Shown here: piece after piece, positions 27,196 through 42,720 of the stretch
How positions within the stretch are numbered: the stretch's first letter is position 1
How the letters are laid out: every line of letters begins with the position of its first letter
NCBI RefSeq assembly: GCF_009914755.1
Contig: NC_060926.1
Reading direction: 5' to 3' (one strand)
Source of the DNA: the human T2T-CHM13v2.0 reference genome, Homo sapiens
Length of the DNA stretch: 64,000 nucleotides
The notes under the pieces: model-generated
The model's input: the letters and a program-made list of their open reading frames with translations, nothing else
Database searches by the model: none
What the model was told of the DNA's origin: nothing
Program-made: the position numbers and the translations under genes

Positions 27196-29089
27196 TTTTG
27201 GGTGTGTTAAGTTTGTGCTGCTAATTTCATGTTCACACAGAGATGTTGCATAGGTAGTTGAGTCATGGAGGGACTGAAGTTCAGGACAGTATTAAGGTAG
27301 AGTTGAAAATTATGGAGTCTTAAATTGATAAATATTAAAATCACAGAAGTGTGTGAGATCACCTTAAAAATGAATATGAGTAAGAGACAGAGATTTAGTA
27401 CTACTAAATCTTGGGGATTTCCAAAATTAAGAGGTAGGAAAGAAGAGGCAGAAAAGGGGCCATGCAGATGCAGCTAGAATGGGAGAAGAGAAGAAAGGGG
27501 TGTTCTGGGGACTGATGTGTCGGACACCATGTCATCAAGGAGGGGGCACGCGCCATCATCTGTGTCAAATGTGGGCAGGGTGGAGTGGATGTGGCTGAGG
27601 GCTGACTAGGGCATTGGGCAGAGAGGAGTTAAGTGTTGACCTGGACCAGGGGAGTTTTGGGCAAGTTGGGGGGGAGAAACCCTGGTGTGGATTACTGAAG
27701 GCAGAGATGGAGATGAGAGCCATGAGCACTGTTGAGACTTAGGGGAGTTTAGAATAAAGATCAGCAGAGAAATCAGATAGAGGTGTGGGTGGGATGTAAG
27801 GCCAATAGGGTTTTTTTTTTTTTAAGAGATGAGAGAAATTACCAGCATGTTTTATTCTGATGGAAGTGATGAAGGTAGAGGGAGAGAAGAAGAGAGAGAG
27901 AGAGAGAGATTGACTGAGAACAGTAATCAGTGATGATGTGAGAGGGGGACAATTACTAGCCAGATGTCCTGGATCACCCGGTGGGCCTGAAACAGGTTTG
28001 TAATCAGGTCAACTCTGATGCATTTGGTGTCAGGACACATATATTTCACGGTCAGAGGCCTGAATACCACGTCCAGGTCTTCCCAGGGACCTCATGGAGG
28101 TGCTGATGCAGGCTTGATGCTCATGTGGCTATTCTGAATCCGTGTCCACATTGAGGGGATGGGTTGGGCCTCCAGGTGTGGGGCTCACAGGCCAGCACAG
28201 GCAGTGTCAGCCCAGCTGAGCTCGCTTGGAGCCATTTTCTTGGTCAACTTGTACATGTTCTTAGTAAATCCCTCACCTTTCACTCACTGGCTGGCACTGA
28301 AAAGCAGCTGATGCCTTCCTGTTCCAACGGGAGCATGTGCCTGCTGTTTCCAGCAGGATCCCGACAACTCTGGCTGTGCTCTTGCTCTGCCACTTCTTGT
28401 GGCTGCCCATCACTGAGGACAAAATGGTGAGGTGAGGCCAGACAACACAGAACACACATTGGGGAAGGGCCAGCATTTGGTGCTGGGGCCTGTGGTCAGG
28501 CCAGGCTCTGCTGGGGCAGGAGGGCGAGATGCTGCTTCTGGGTCTGAGGATGAGACCAGAGGCAAGGCTGAGGTGGAGCTGGGAGCAGAGCAGGTGCTGG
28601 GATGGAGCAGCTGGAGAATGCTGGTTGCTTGATCAACACAATGTCTCTTCCCACAAACATTTCCCTGCATTAAGTCTCATTTAATTTCCACCATGTTAAT
28701 AATAAGAAGCCTGGTAGCCCCTTGGGTACCAATCACAAGGATCACCACTAGACTGAGTCATCCTTCCCGGGTGTCTGCATGTGGTTTCTTCAGCATACAG
28801 AACGGAGCTCTGAGGGTTTCCCCCCAGCCACTGCCCACAGCCACATCCCACAGGGAGGGACTTCAGTGCAAAATGTGGAGCAGTCACTCCAGTTTCCCAC
28901 ACTCTGGTATTAGCTCTGGCTTAGGTAACCCACCAGCTCTTCATTCCCCAAGCGATGTGTGTCCTACTACATCCTTTCACAAATGCCTCATGGCACCACG
29001 GAGAGGTGCCCTGGACAGAGGGTCCAGAGAGCTACAGTTTACTTCAAGCTCTGCACTGACCAGCCTTGGGCCTCACTTCTTCACGTTTG

Positions 29090-31400
29090 ACACATTTTTA
29101 TTCTAAGCATTGGAGATGCAGTAGTGACAAAAGAAAATTCCTGCCTGCATAAAATGTGTATTCTAGTGGGGAAACAGATATTAAGCAAATTAAACATATA
29201 ATGTGCCAGACAGTGACAAGGTCTATGAAGAGAAATAAAACAGGATAGGGGGCAGGGAGGTGTGAGTGGAGTGTGTATGTGCATGTGTGTGATTTTACAT
29301 AAGGTGATCAGGGAAAGCTTCTAGGAGGAGATATTTGAGCAGAGGCCTGAAGGAGAAAGGCATATGGTTACCTGGGGAGAGCATTCCAGGAAGAAGAAAC
29401 AGTGGGTGCAAAGACCTTGAGGCTGAGCATGCTTGACGTCCCAGGAAGAACTGGGGCCCTGTGTGGCTGGACAAGAGGGACTGAAGAGGAAGCTGGCAGG
29501 AGATTAGTTTCCAGAAGTGGGGACAAAGTGGGCAGGTTGTGTAGCATCATGGGTCACTGGAAGGTCTCTGGCTTTCGTGCTCAGTCACATAGGAAATATT
29601 AGAGGGGTTTGAGAGTGGAGTTACATGTTTAAAAGAATTGCTCTGGTGTTGTGTGGAGAACAGGCTGTAGGGGGTGGGAGGAGGCAAGGGCAGGAGCTGG
29701 GGGTCCAGTAAAGGCTATTGTAATGACCCAGATGAAAGATGTTGGTGCTTTGGAGGAGCTGGAGAAGAGGTCAGATTTCTGGATAATTTTGGAAAGTCAG
29801 AAAAGTTTTGCTGGTGGATTGCATGTGCAAAGGGAGGGGCAAAAAAGGAGTTGAGCATGATGTGGTCATCATTAGAGCTGTTCACAAATATTTTGGTTGT
29901 TTTCTTTTTTTTTTTTTGAGATGGAGTCTTGCTCTGTCATCCAGGTTGGAGTGCAGTGGCACAATCTCAGCTCACTGCAACCTCTGCCTCCCGGGTTCAA
30001 ACAATTCTCTGCCTCAGCCTCTAGAGTAGCTGGTATTACAAGCACCTGCCACCAAGCCCAGCTCATTTTTGTATTTTTATTAGAGATGGGGTTTCACCAT
30101 GTTGGCCAGGCTGGTCTTGAATTCCCGACCTCATGATCCGCCTGCCTCGGCCTCCCAAAGTGCTGGGATTATAGGTGTGAGCCACCGTGTCCAGCCAGTT
30201 GTTTTCTTTTTTGGGCACTTAGTAAGTTTGTGCTTCCAACCCTCCTTTAAGTTAGGTGTGGCCATATGACTTGTTTTGGACAATAAAATGTAAGCAGAAG
30301 AGGTGCACGGGGCTTCTGGGCAGAAGCATTTCACTGCAAGTGCAAGACCCTGCAACATGCACCTTCCCCTGTCTCTAAAAACATGAAAACATTTTGTCAA
30401 GATACAGCCTCCGTCAGCCTTAGTCCCTCAGTGAAACTGATGAGTAGAGTCTCCTGTCAACTCAGCCTGGACATCAGCAAAAACATGAACATTTGTGGTG
30501 TTTTTGGGGTTCTTTGCTACGGAAGCATCACCTAATTTATATCGACAAATACAGATAACATGATGACAGCATTTATTCTGAACAACTGGAAGATTAGAGT
30601 TTTGATTTATTGAGATGGAAAAGGCTGTGGGAGCAAATGGGAGCAAAAGGTTTGAAGGGGGAGGATTAGGAATTTGCTTTTGGACATGCTACGTTTGAAC
30701 GCATTAGGCATCCACGTGCAGATATTGAGTCAGCAGTTGGGGATGTATGGGTCTGAAGTTCAGAGGAGAGTTCAGGCTGGAAAGAATATATTCGGAGTTG
30801 TAAACGTGAGGCCAGGCAGGATCACGAGGAAGTGAGTGTCAGTAGAGAAGAATGTGCATAGCCTTAGGCACTTGAGTGAATAGGCTCAACTGTGTGGAAG
30901 TCTGCTGACAGGTCATCTAAGATGAGGACTCTCAACTGACCGTTGGATTTGCAATGTGGACCTGAAGAGTAATTGTGGTGAAGTTGTGAGAATGAAACTG
31001 AAGTGGGTTCAAGAAAGAACGAGAGGAGAGAAAGTGGAGTTTGAGTATAAATAACTCTTTTGGAGAGGATTGGTGTAATTGAATGGCAGGGGTATGAGAT
31101 TTGAGGTCAAGGAAATATTTTTATTATTTTTTACGATGAGAGAAATTGTAGTACACATGTATATTTATGGGAATGACTCAGTAGAAAGACCAAAAATTTC
31201 ATATGTGAGAGAAGGACCAATTGATGAAGCGATGTTCTTGCGTGGGCGCGAGGATGGGATCGAGTGCACAGCGGAAGGTGGCACTTAGGAACACGCAGCA
31301 CTCGTCCATGCCAGCAGGAGGCAAGGCAGAATGGTGAGTACAGGCACACGTGTACTGATGTGGTGCTGGGAGTGTGGGTAGAATAGGCGGTTGTTCTGGA
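29090..31400. mobile_element. L2 fragments with an inserted Alu and an MLT1-like LTR (~30200-30555)
   Basis: L2 motifs such as ggagagcattccaggaag...gcaaagaccttgagg and ttttggacatgctacgtttga. Confidence 0.6.
29905..30196 (-). mobile_element. AluS
   Basis: Full Alu; TSD GTTGTTTTCTTTTT. Confidence 0.95.
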
Positions 31401-32483
31401 TGATGGATACGGTTTTTCTCAGCTCTTAAAAATGTATTATTTCAAAATCAAACTTTTCATCATAATCTTGTCTTTAGCTCTTTCCTATTCTTCATCTTGC
31501 AGATCTAGATAGTCATTAGGCTCTGTTGATTTCACCTACTGAGTGGGTCTTGTCTGTAATGCCCATCTGGCTCCTTCAGCTCAGTGCGATGGAAGGGCTC
31601 TGCTCTGTAGCGACTAGAATTTAAAGCTAGCTGGAATTTATCAGGCATTTGATGGCTACCTGTTTAGGGGCCCTACCAGGGAAGTATTCCAATAAAATTG
31701 GGATAATAATATGCTTACCCCATAGGCCCATTTAGAGAATTAAGATAAATATCAGGTGCTAAGCGCTCAGCATTTCCCTGGCACATAGGAGGTTGAGCTG
31801 TTGGTATCTTCATCCACCATCACTGCTGTACTTCATGGTGAGCTTTCTATAGAGCAGGTCTCTGCTTTAGAACCTCTGACTCTGCCAGCTACCTGGATCA
31901 AATTTGAACTTTTCACCTGTTAAACCAAGGCTTTCACGATCTGGCCCCAAACTCCCTTTTTTGCCCCATGTCCCAGCACTTCTCTTTCATGTTCCTTCTA
32001 TTTCAGACACAGAACTAGCCCTTCTTCAACCTATATCCTTTCTTTTCAGTTCCACGATTTTACGGAAGATATCTTGTCACTAAGCCTGGCAAAATCCTGC
32101 CCATTCTTTAAGATTTAATATATATCACGTTTTCCTGCGGTACTTCCTGGACTTCCCTTCGGACGCCTCTGGTCCCCAGTCTGGCTCCTTCTTAGGCCTG
32201 TCCCGTAATTCTAAGCTTGTCTGGCTGTCCTTCCACTATGAGCTCTTTGGGAGCAGGATCTCTGTTTGGTTCCATTCTTTTTGGTGCCTTGAACAGTACC
32301 TGGCACCAATAAACACCTTAAGGAATGACCACATTCCTTATTCCCTCCTTTGTATCCACCTCTTTCCTAGCCCTTAGTGTTGCACATTGTTGATGGCCTG
32401 TCTTCCCCATCACGCTATTAATGCCCTGGGAAACAAGACATTATCTTTATTTCTCCCCACGTCGCCAGAGCCTAACACACAGT

Positions 32484-32728
32484 GGCTCCATCTCCGCTCA
32501 CTGCAACTTCCGCCTCTCGGGTTCAAGCGATTCTTGTGCCTCAGCCTCATCATGAGTAGCTGGGATTACAGGTGTGCGCCACCGTGCCCGGCTAATTTTT
32601 GTATTTTTAGTAGAGATGGGGTTTCGCCATGTTGGCCAGGCTGGTCTCCAACTCCTGACCTCAAGTGATCCGCCCGTCTCGGTCTCCCAAAGTGCTGGGA
32701 TTACAGGCTTGAACCATCGCTCCAGGCC
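32484..32728 (-). mobile_element. AluS lacking its 3' end
   Basis: Alu body with no poly-T, embedded in L2/MIR-like sequence. Confidence 0.85.
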
Positions 32729-32759
32729 TCGATAAATGTTTAATGAATAAAACGATGAA

Positions 32760-33522
<763 letters not shown>

Positions 33523-34649
33523 TAATACAAAATAAAAATTTCCATTTTATAATGAGGAAACATAGGGGCAGAGGTTGGATAACTTGGCCGAGATGGTCCA
33601 TTTAGCAGTAGCAGAGGCATGGTTAGAACCCAGGCGGTCTATACCAGAGCTGGCAGATGCCCCTTTTATGCACCCCTGCCTCCCTCTCAATGTCCAGCAG
33701 GGCTACCATCCGTGTTCCAGCTGGCCCGCGCTCAGCCAGCCAGACACCATTTATTAAGCACTTACTATGTGCCAAACACCTTGCTTAGTGTTGGGGATGA
33801 GCAGGTAAAGGGGAGAAAGTGTCTCCCTTTCAGAAGCCTCCAGGCTATCAAGGGAGAAAAAAGTGTTGTGGGGGAAAAAGGTGTTGTGGGGGAGGGTTGT
33901 GCCAAACGGTAATGATGGACAGAGTAACAATGGGCACCCATGGGAGGAGCCGTGGCAAAGGAGATGCTGGCCTTCCCAGACAGCCCACCTGGCCCTTTTC
34001 TTGTGTGCCGCTCTTGTTATGGGTTTTTCTGGGGGAGGCATGGGGACACTGGTGCTCTGGCCTCGGTTCTGAGAGCCTGTCCAGGCCCGAGTCCCTCTAG
34101 GGCTTGGGCACACCCCACTCCAGTCTTGTCCTTGAATCCCTGCACAGTGGCTGGGACCCTTGTCCTTAGTGCCAACTTCTCTGGTGCTGCCTGCCTGCCT
34201 AAATTTCTGAATATCAGGGACTGTGCTCCACTTGCTGCTTGGACACTGCTCCCATCCTCCCACCGGTTCCCATCCTCAGCCTGGTCCCATGATCAACAGC
34301 CACAGCTTGCCTGATCTTCCCCTAAACTCTGGTTTTTGTGGCCCCAGACTAGCCAGCTCCCTGTCCTTCTGGTGCAATCACACTTCTACCTCTGCTCCAA
34401 CTAGTGGTGTCTATGTGTAAGACCCCCAGATCCCAGACTCTTTCCTTTTCCTCTGATACATCAGTCCCCTGCTGACTCCACCCATCCTAGATGCCTTCTC
34501 GGTTGATCACTTGAACCACTTTCTTGCTGGCCCCTCAATTTTCTGTCTCCTTGTAAACACTTGCTCTAGAAACCCCCTCCTTTCTCCACTTCTTCACCTG
34601 GGGTGCTCAGGGATGCTGAGCTGGAATTCCCAGAGCTGGCAGGTTGGTG

Positions 34650-35175
<526 letters not shown>

Positions 35176-35287
35176 CCAATGCCCCCACCTTCTCAGAGCT
35201 TCCAGGGCTATCTGATTACTCTGAAGTCTCAGACCTGTGGTCTCTCCTGTCTTCTCAAGTGGCCTGCCACCACGGTTGTCCTTAGCT

Positions 35288-35333
35288 ATCCCATCCCATC
35301 CCATCCCATCCCATCCCATCCCATCCCATCCCA
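35288..35333. repeat. (ATCCC)9 pentanucleotide microsatellite
   Basis: Nine perfect copies. Confidence 0.95.
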
Positions 35334-35841
35334 GTCTCAGACAACATTCCCTGCAGCCTCACTTGCATTCACCCAGGCTTTCTAGAGTGGAGGAGAAAGC
35401 CTGGAGTTCCCAACAGTGGGAAAGCTACCTGGACCAGGTGGTGTGGTTGACAATGACTGAGAATCTGTCTTCAGGGATCCCTGCAGAGGCTGGTGTCCTC
35501 AACTGTACAGGGATTGGATCTAGATGTCAAGGGAGAAGACGGAAGGTAGAGAAGGAACCAACAAGCAGGCTCCTTCCCATTCTGACTAACTGGGCACTTT
35601 CCACAACTTCCTGAATCTAATTCTCTAGGGGCCTTTTATTTTTCCTGTTTCATAATTGTAGAGATGAGGAAACAGGCTCAAAAAGGTTAAGCAGCTTGCG
35701 AGCCCACACAGCTAGTAACTGGTGGCAGCAGGCCTTAAGGCTAGGTTGGTGTGAGGGCAAAATCCTACCCTTTCCTCCTTGAATCTCGCTTTCCTAAGGG
35801 GCAGAGCTAGGCCTTGACAGTTATTCCCTAATCAAATCTAA

Positions 35842-36807
<966 letters not shown>

Positions 36808-36870
36808 ACCCCTTGCTTTTTGATTGTGCTTCAGCCAGCGCCCCTCCCGAGGCAGGTAAAAGTGGTATTT

Positions 36871-36908
36871 TTTTTTTAATTTTATTATTATTATACTTTA
36901 AGTTTTAT
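36871..36908 (-). mobile_element. Ultra-short L1PA 3'-terminal insertion
   Basis: ttttattattattatactttaagtttta is the L1PA 3' terminus; perfect 16-bp TSD GGTAAAAGTGGTATTT at 36855-36870 and 36909-36924. Confidence 0.85.
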
Positions 36909-39017
36909 GGTAAAAGTGGTATTTAGGAGACTCTTGGAAATGAGATCACTGACCAGATACTTGATAATGTTAGGAATTTGTGTTATCTAGATGTGGTGAA
37001 GGCACTGAGGTTATATATATATTTAAAGGAATCAGTTTCTGAGGTATAGCTCAAAATATTAATTGACGAAACCAATCCCAAACCAAATATTTGGGATTTG
37101 CCTCAAAATAATATCAGAGGGGAGAAATAAGTAGGGTTTTTGGTTAAAACAAGATTGACTATAAATTAATTGATGGTTGCTGAACCTTGGTGCTGGGTAC
37201 ATGAGGGTTCATTGTGCTATTTAACCTACTTTTGCATTTGTCTGAATTTCTCCATGATAAAAAGTTTTTTTTAAATGTTAGGCATTAAAATGAAAGACAG
37301 TAAACTCAAGAGCTCTGTGTATGTAAGAGTGAGAATGGGGTGGCAGAACTGGGAAGGGGCCTAAAGTAGGTGAGTGCAACGAGGCAAAGTACAGCACATT
37401 TCTGCTTTCCTGGAATAAGTCTGTAAGCAGCCACAGCTCTCCCAACCCTGCCCCAGGCCCGCTGTCCTCAGCTATGACTAGCAGGAGTCCAGGGTCCACT
37501 GCTGGGAGCCCACCTCCTCCATCATGTCTTGCTGGAATCCCGGGGGCTTATGCAGGCCTGAATGGGGCTCCCTGAGACTTCTGTCTAAGGAAGCCATGCA
37601 CTGGCCAGCTTCATGGCTGTGGCTGCTCTTTCCCTCTCTGACACGGGATGCTTTTGCTGGGTGATGGCCCCTTACCTTGGCTTCTGCTGTTTTCTTTTCC
37701 AGCAAAGGGTGCTTCTCTGGGTGGGGCTTCAGAAAGAGGCTGGCCCCATAGTGCCTCTCCCTTCTAGGATCCGCTCTGCCCCGGTAGTCTCTTTTATTCT
37801 CTCAGGGTGCAACCCTGGGCTGTGGTTTTAGGTGCCCTGCCCTGGTCTTGGTGGGGCTGGCCCCGCCCCATAGGACAAGAAGTTCATGGGCCTTGTCTGT
37901 GTGCCACCCAGGGCCAGTCCTCCTTTTGGTGCATGGTTCGTAACCCAGGGCCCAGAATTCCCTGCTCAAATGTCCCAGCCTCTTCCAGGGCTGTGTGAAC
38001 CTCTTCCCATCTGTCCCGTCTGTGGTGAGGTCACTGAGGCCTCAGGGATAGCTAAGGGGTGGCTCTTATTAGCGGCCTTTACACAGAGTTTGGGCATGCG
38101 GGCTGAAGTGTTTGTTCAGTGCCTGCTGGTGGACCTGAGAGGGGAAGAGAAGGTGGGGTGCTGACCAACTGCCTTCATTTATACTTTTGCCAATATTAGA
38201 GGCAGATGTGGGTCTGGGGTCTATTTAGGAAACGGAAAAATGTGATTCCTTTTTCCAACTGTGTCCCCCCTTTCCCTAACCTTCCTTTCTTGTAGGGTGG
38301 ATTAACAGTTTTTTTTTGGCAGAAAAACACACCAACCAACAAATGAACAAAAATCAACACCCCAAGCTATGCATACAAAACAACAGGCCCAACCCACACA
38401 CTGAGAAATCGGACACTCAGCAGGCCACTCTGCCAACATGCTTTGAAAGGATACTCTTAAGAGGTTTTGGAGGTAGGGTTAACCTCCGAAGGGGACAATA
38501 GGGACTGATGTTTGCCTCAGGCTGGTAGGGACAAAGGGCATTGCAGAGGAGAAGACAATGGAAGTGAGCCTTGTGGGCTTATTTGGTGGCTGGCAGCTTG
38601 AAGGTTTCTCCCTCTAGGGCAAAGGTTTCCAAGCTATTGTTCACTGAAGAGCCTCCTCTTCAAACATAAGCTTACCTGGAGACCCAGTATGAGAAACAAA
38701 TGTTAGTGGAGATATTCTGGCCAAAACAGAGTTGGGGGCAGGGTTACTGTCCTGCTTGGTGACCTGCCTACTTTGCCCAAGAAACAAGTTGAAAACTTCC
38801 ACATCTCGGGAAATGCCCAGGTCAGGCTGCATCAGGGCTGTTCCTCAGGAGCTCAGGGACAAAGTGAAAGCAAAGGACACCAATGCTGGGTGCTTGGGAC
38901 AGTGTCCTGTTCTCCTCATGTGGTGGTCAGTGCCAGTACACATAGGCAGTTTTCTGCCTTTAAATAAGATAACATAAGAAGCTGTTTGTAAAGTGTAAAG
39001 AACTGAGCACGCATTAG

Positions 39018-39660
<643 letters not shown>

Positions 39661-41179
39661 TGCATGAGGTGATTTCTACCAGTGAAGGGTAGGTGTGGGT
39701 GTTTTGGGCCTGGCTGTTCTATCTCAGGGCCTACCATTGTCGTCTTGTTCACACTCCCTGTGCTGATTATGAAGCTGATGTCTCTAAGGTCAGACCCACC
39801 TGTCTGTACTCTACCCTGTGATTCTGGGGCTGGAACTTGGCGAACCACACTGCTCTGTGGCCAGCTGGCTCCATGTGGGGCTCTGTCAGTAAGGAGGGAT
39901 GGCAAATTGGCAGAGCAGGGACTTGCCTCTTCCTGGGACTGCTTCTTGTCCCTGTGAGCATCACCCCAACAATGACTTTTCACCTTGCAGTGGCAGTTTA
40001 CCTCAATAGCAATGGGTTCCAGTCTTCAACATTTTCTGGACTCTCAAATCCAGCCTCACAGATACTGTGCAGTCGCCGCTCCTTAGAAGCCTAGGTCCCA
40101 GCTCCGCAGGGCTCCTCTTCCAAGCTTTGAAATTATTGCAACCCCAGTATCTTCCCTGTGTTCTTCAGCCCCAGAGGTAGAGCTGCCTCTGGCAGTTACC
40201 ATCCCTGTGTTTATCTTGATACTTCCTTTTTGCCTTTCAGCCTCTAATACCTGCTTACTCAATTGCCTAGATTAAATTATTTCTGTTAAAATGCAGGTCC
40301 TTTTCCTGTTTTCTTTCCTAACTAGATCTGACTGTTAACATGCCCCTTGGAGGCATTGCCTGAGAAGCACATCAGGGTGTAGCCTTACCTCTCTGTGCTG
40401 CTCCGAGGACCCTGATCTCAGAAACCCTGCCAGTGGCCCCAACATGTGAACCATCGTGGTAAAAGAACTCTCTGATCACAAGAAAGTCCCCTAATCTAAG
40501 ATAATGTTGATAAACAAGCTAACTCCAGGAGGGAGGGTTTAATTTAAGAAAGCCAGTAGGGACCCTAAATCTTTTCATTCCAATCAAAGCTGTCAAAGCC
40601 AGTTATCGTCAGAGCCAGTCAGGTGGCCCCAAAGCCGCCATCTACCTGGCAGCTGTCCTGTCACCACGGAAACCACAAGTTGGTGAACAAGGCCCGAAGG
40701 AACCCTGCTGAAACTCAGTTGCTTGACATATTTGTCATTATCGAGTCTGCCAGAGTGCAGCATCTCTTGCAAGAGTGATTCTCTGAAACTTCTCCTGCTT
40801 CAATCCCTCTACCCATTGTTTCCCAAATAGAGAATATGCCCACCTCTGAGAAAGACATGTGCTGGCAGGCATCACAGGCCCAAGAGGAGGCACTTGTTTA
40901 CTCGACAACAGACAAGGTGACTGTCTGCTGCATTGGCACCAGGACTAGCATTCTTTGGGCATCCCCAACTACCTTTTCAGGCCCCCGTGTCTTCAGGCTG
41001 TCTAGGTCCTGGACTGGTGGTCGTCAAGTCTGCCCACCCTCACTATCCAGCAGCACCAGTGGAGCATGCTTCATAACTACCCTTTCCTGTCTCCGAATTG
41101 AGTTTGATGTCATCACCCTGCAAACGATGAAACAAATCCCCATTTTATTGATGACTGATAACTTCAAATGTGACAAGAG

Positions 41180-42720
41180 GATTCATTTCCTTATTCAATC
41201 ATTCCACAAATATTCACTGAGCATCTCCTACGTGCCAGGCACCAGGCTGGACTTTAGGATCAATCATAATAATTTTCAGGTTATGGATAATGCCAATGGG
41301 CACTTAGGATGATCAGGGAGGGCAGTTCTGAGAAGGGGCATATGAGCTGTGTTCCAGTTGTCTATTGCTGTGTGACAAACTGCCCCAAAACTTAATGGCT
41401 TAAAACAATGACAGAAATTACATTACTCATGAATCTGCAGTTTAGGCAGGTGGGGACAGCATGTCTCTGCTCCACCTAACATCAGCTGAAGGTGGGAACT
41501 GGAATCATCTGGAGGCTTCCTCACTTACATGTCTAGTGGTTGATGCTGACTGATGTTGGCTGTTGGCAAGGACCTCTGACAGGTCTGTTCCCCGAAACAC
41601 CTGCATGTGGTACATGGCTTTGTCACAGCATGATGGCTGGGTTCCAAGGGTGAGCCTCACAAGACAGAGAACCAGGTGGAGGCTGTGCCATCTTTGGTCA
41701 CCTAGTCTAAGAAGTTACAGTCACTTCTATACCATTTAATTCATTAGTAGCAAGCCACTGAGGCTAGTCCATGTTCAAGAGGAGGGGAATTGGATTCCCC
41801 CTTTTTTTAGGATAGAAAAGAATTTGTGGACATGTTTTCAAATGACCACAAACTATGACCTAAAGAAATTAGTGGAAGAGCATTCCAGGAAGAATTGTAA
41901 AGTCTCTGATGCTGGAAAGGCTTGGTGTGTTTAAGGAAATGAAAGGCCAGAAAGGCTTGAGCACAGCAAGGGCAGAAGGTAAGATTTGAGGTTAGATGTG
42001 GACAGAAGCCATATTAGGCAGTTATAGGTGCTTGGATTTTATTCTGGATGCAGTGAGGGCTGTTGAAAGATTTAAGGTTTGTATTCACTTCTTGAAAGGA
42101 TCACTCCAGCTAATATGCAGAGAATGGATTGAGGTGAGATAAGGGTAGGGAAAACCAGTTAGGATGCTATTGGAGTGGTTTGGGGAGAGAGAGTGATGGC
42201 TTGGACAAGAATGTTGGCACTGGAGATGAAAAGAAGTAGATAGAAATGGTGGAAGTAAATGAACAAGTCTACCAGGAGACTGAATGTGAGAGAAGGAAAG
42301 GAAGGCAGGAAACAAGAATTCTTGGGTTTTAGGCTCGTGTCCATCTTGATGGTGGAGCCCTTTCTGTGATTGGAAGACTAAGAGAGGAACTTGTTGATAC
42401 GGGCAAAAGGTAAAATCCAGAGTCCAGTTCTAGGCACGTCAAACTTGAGAGGTTTGTAAGGTATACTGAAGGCAAGAAGTAGACATTTGGATATATGAGC
42501 CTGAAACTCAGTGGAGAGCTTGGGACTGGAAATATAAATTTGGGAATTATCAGCATATGGATGGTATTTAAAGCTGTAGGCCTCGGTGAGGTCACCAGGG
42601 GAAAATCTAGAACAAAAGAGTGTGGAGACTGAGCCCTGTAAAGGGTAGCCTGCAAAGGAGATTGAAAAGGAGTGGCCAAAAAAGACAGCAGGGAAACTAG
42701 GGCATTGGATGTTATAGATA
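41180..42720. mobile_element. L2 fragments with an MLT1 LTR (~41349-41850)
   Basis: cattccacaaatattcactgagcatctcctacgtgccaggcac (L2 end); tattgctgtgtgacaaactgccccaaaacttaatggcttaaaac (MLT1). Confidence 0.7.

Noticed and set aside
27038-27253. Lys/Arg-rich 71-aa ORF resembling a nucleic-acid-binding peptide
   Set aside because: Product of a purine-rich low-complexity tract
33850-33902. Short imperfect ~18-bp tandem repeat
   Set aside because: Local slippage with no further structure
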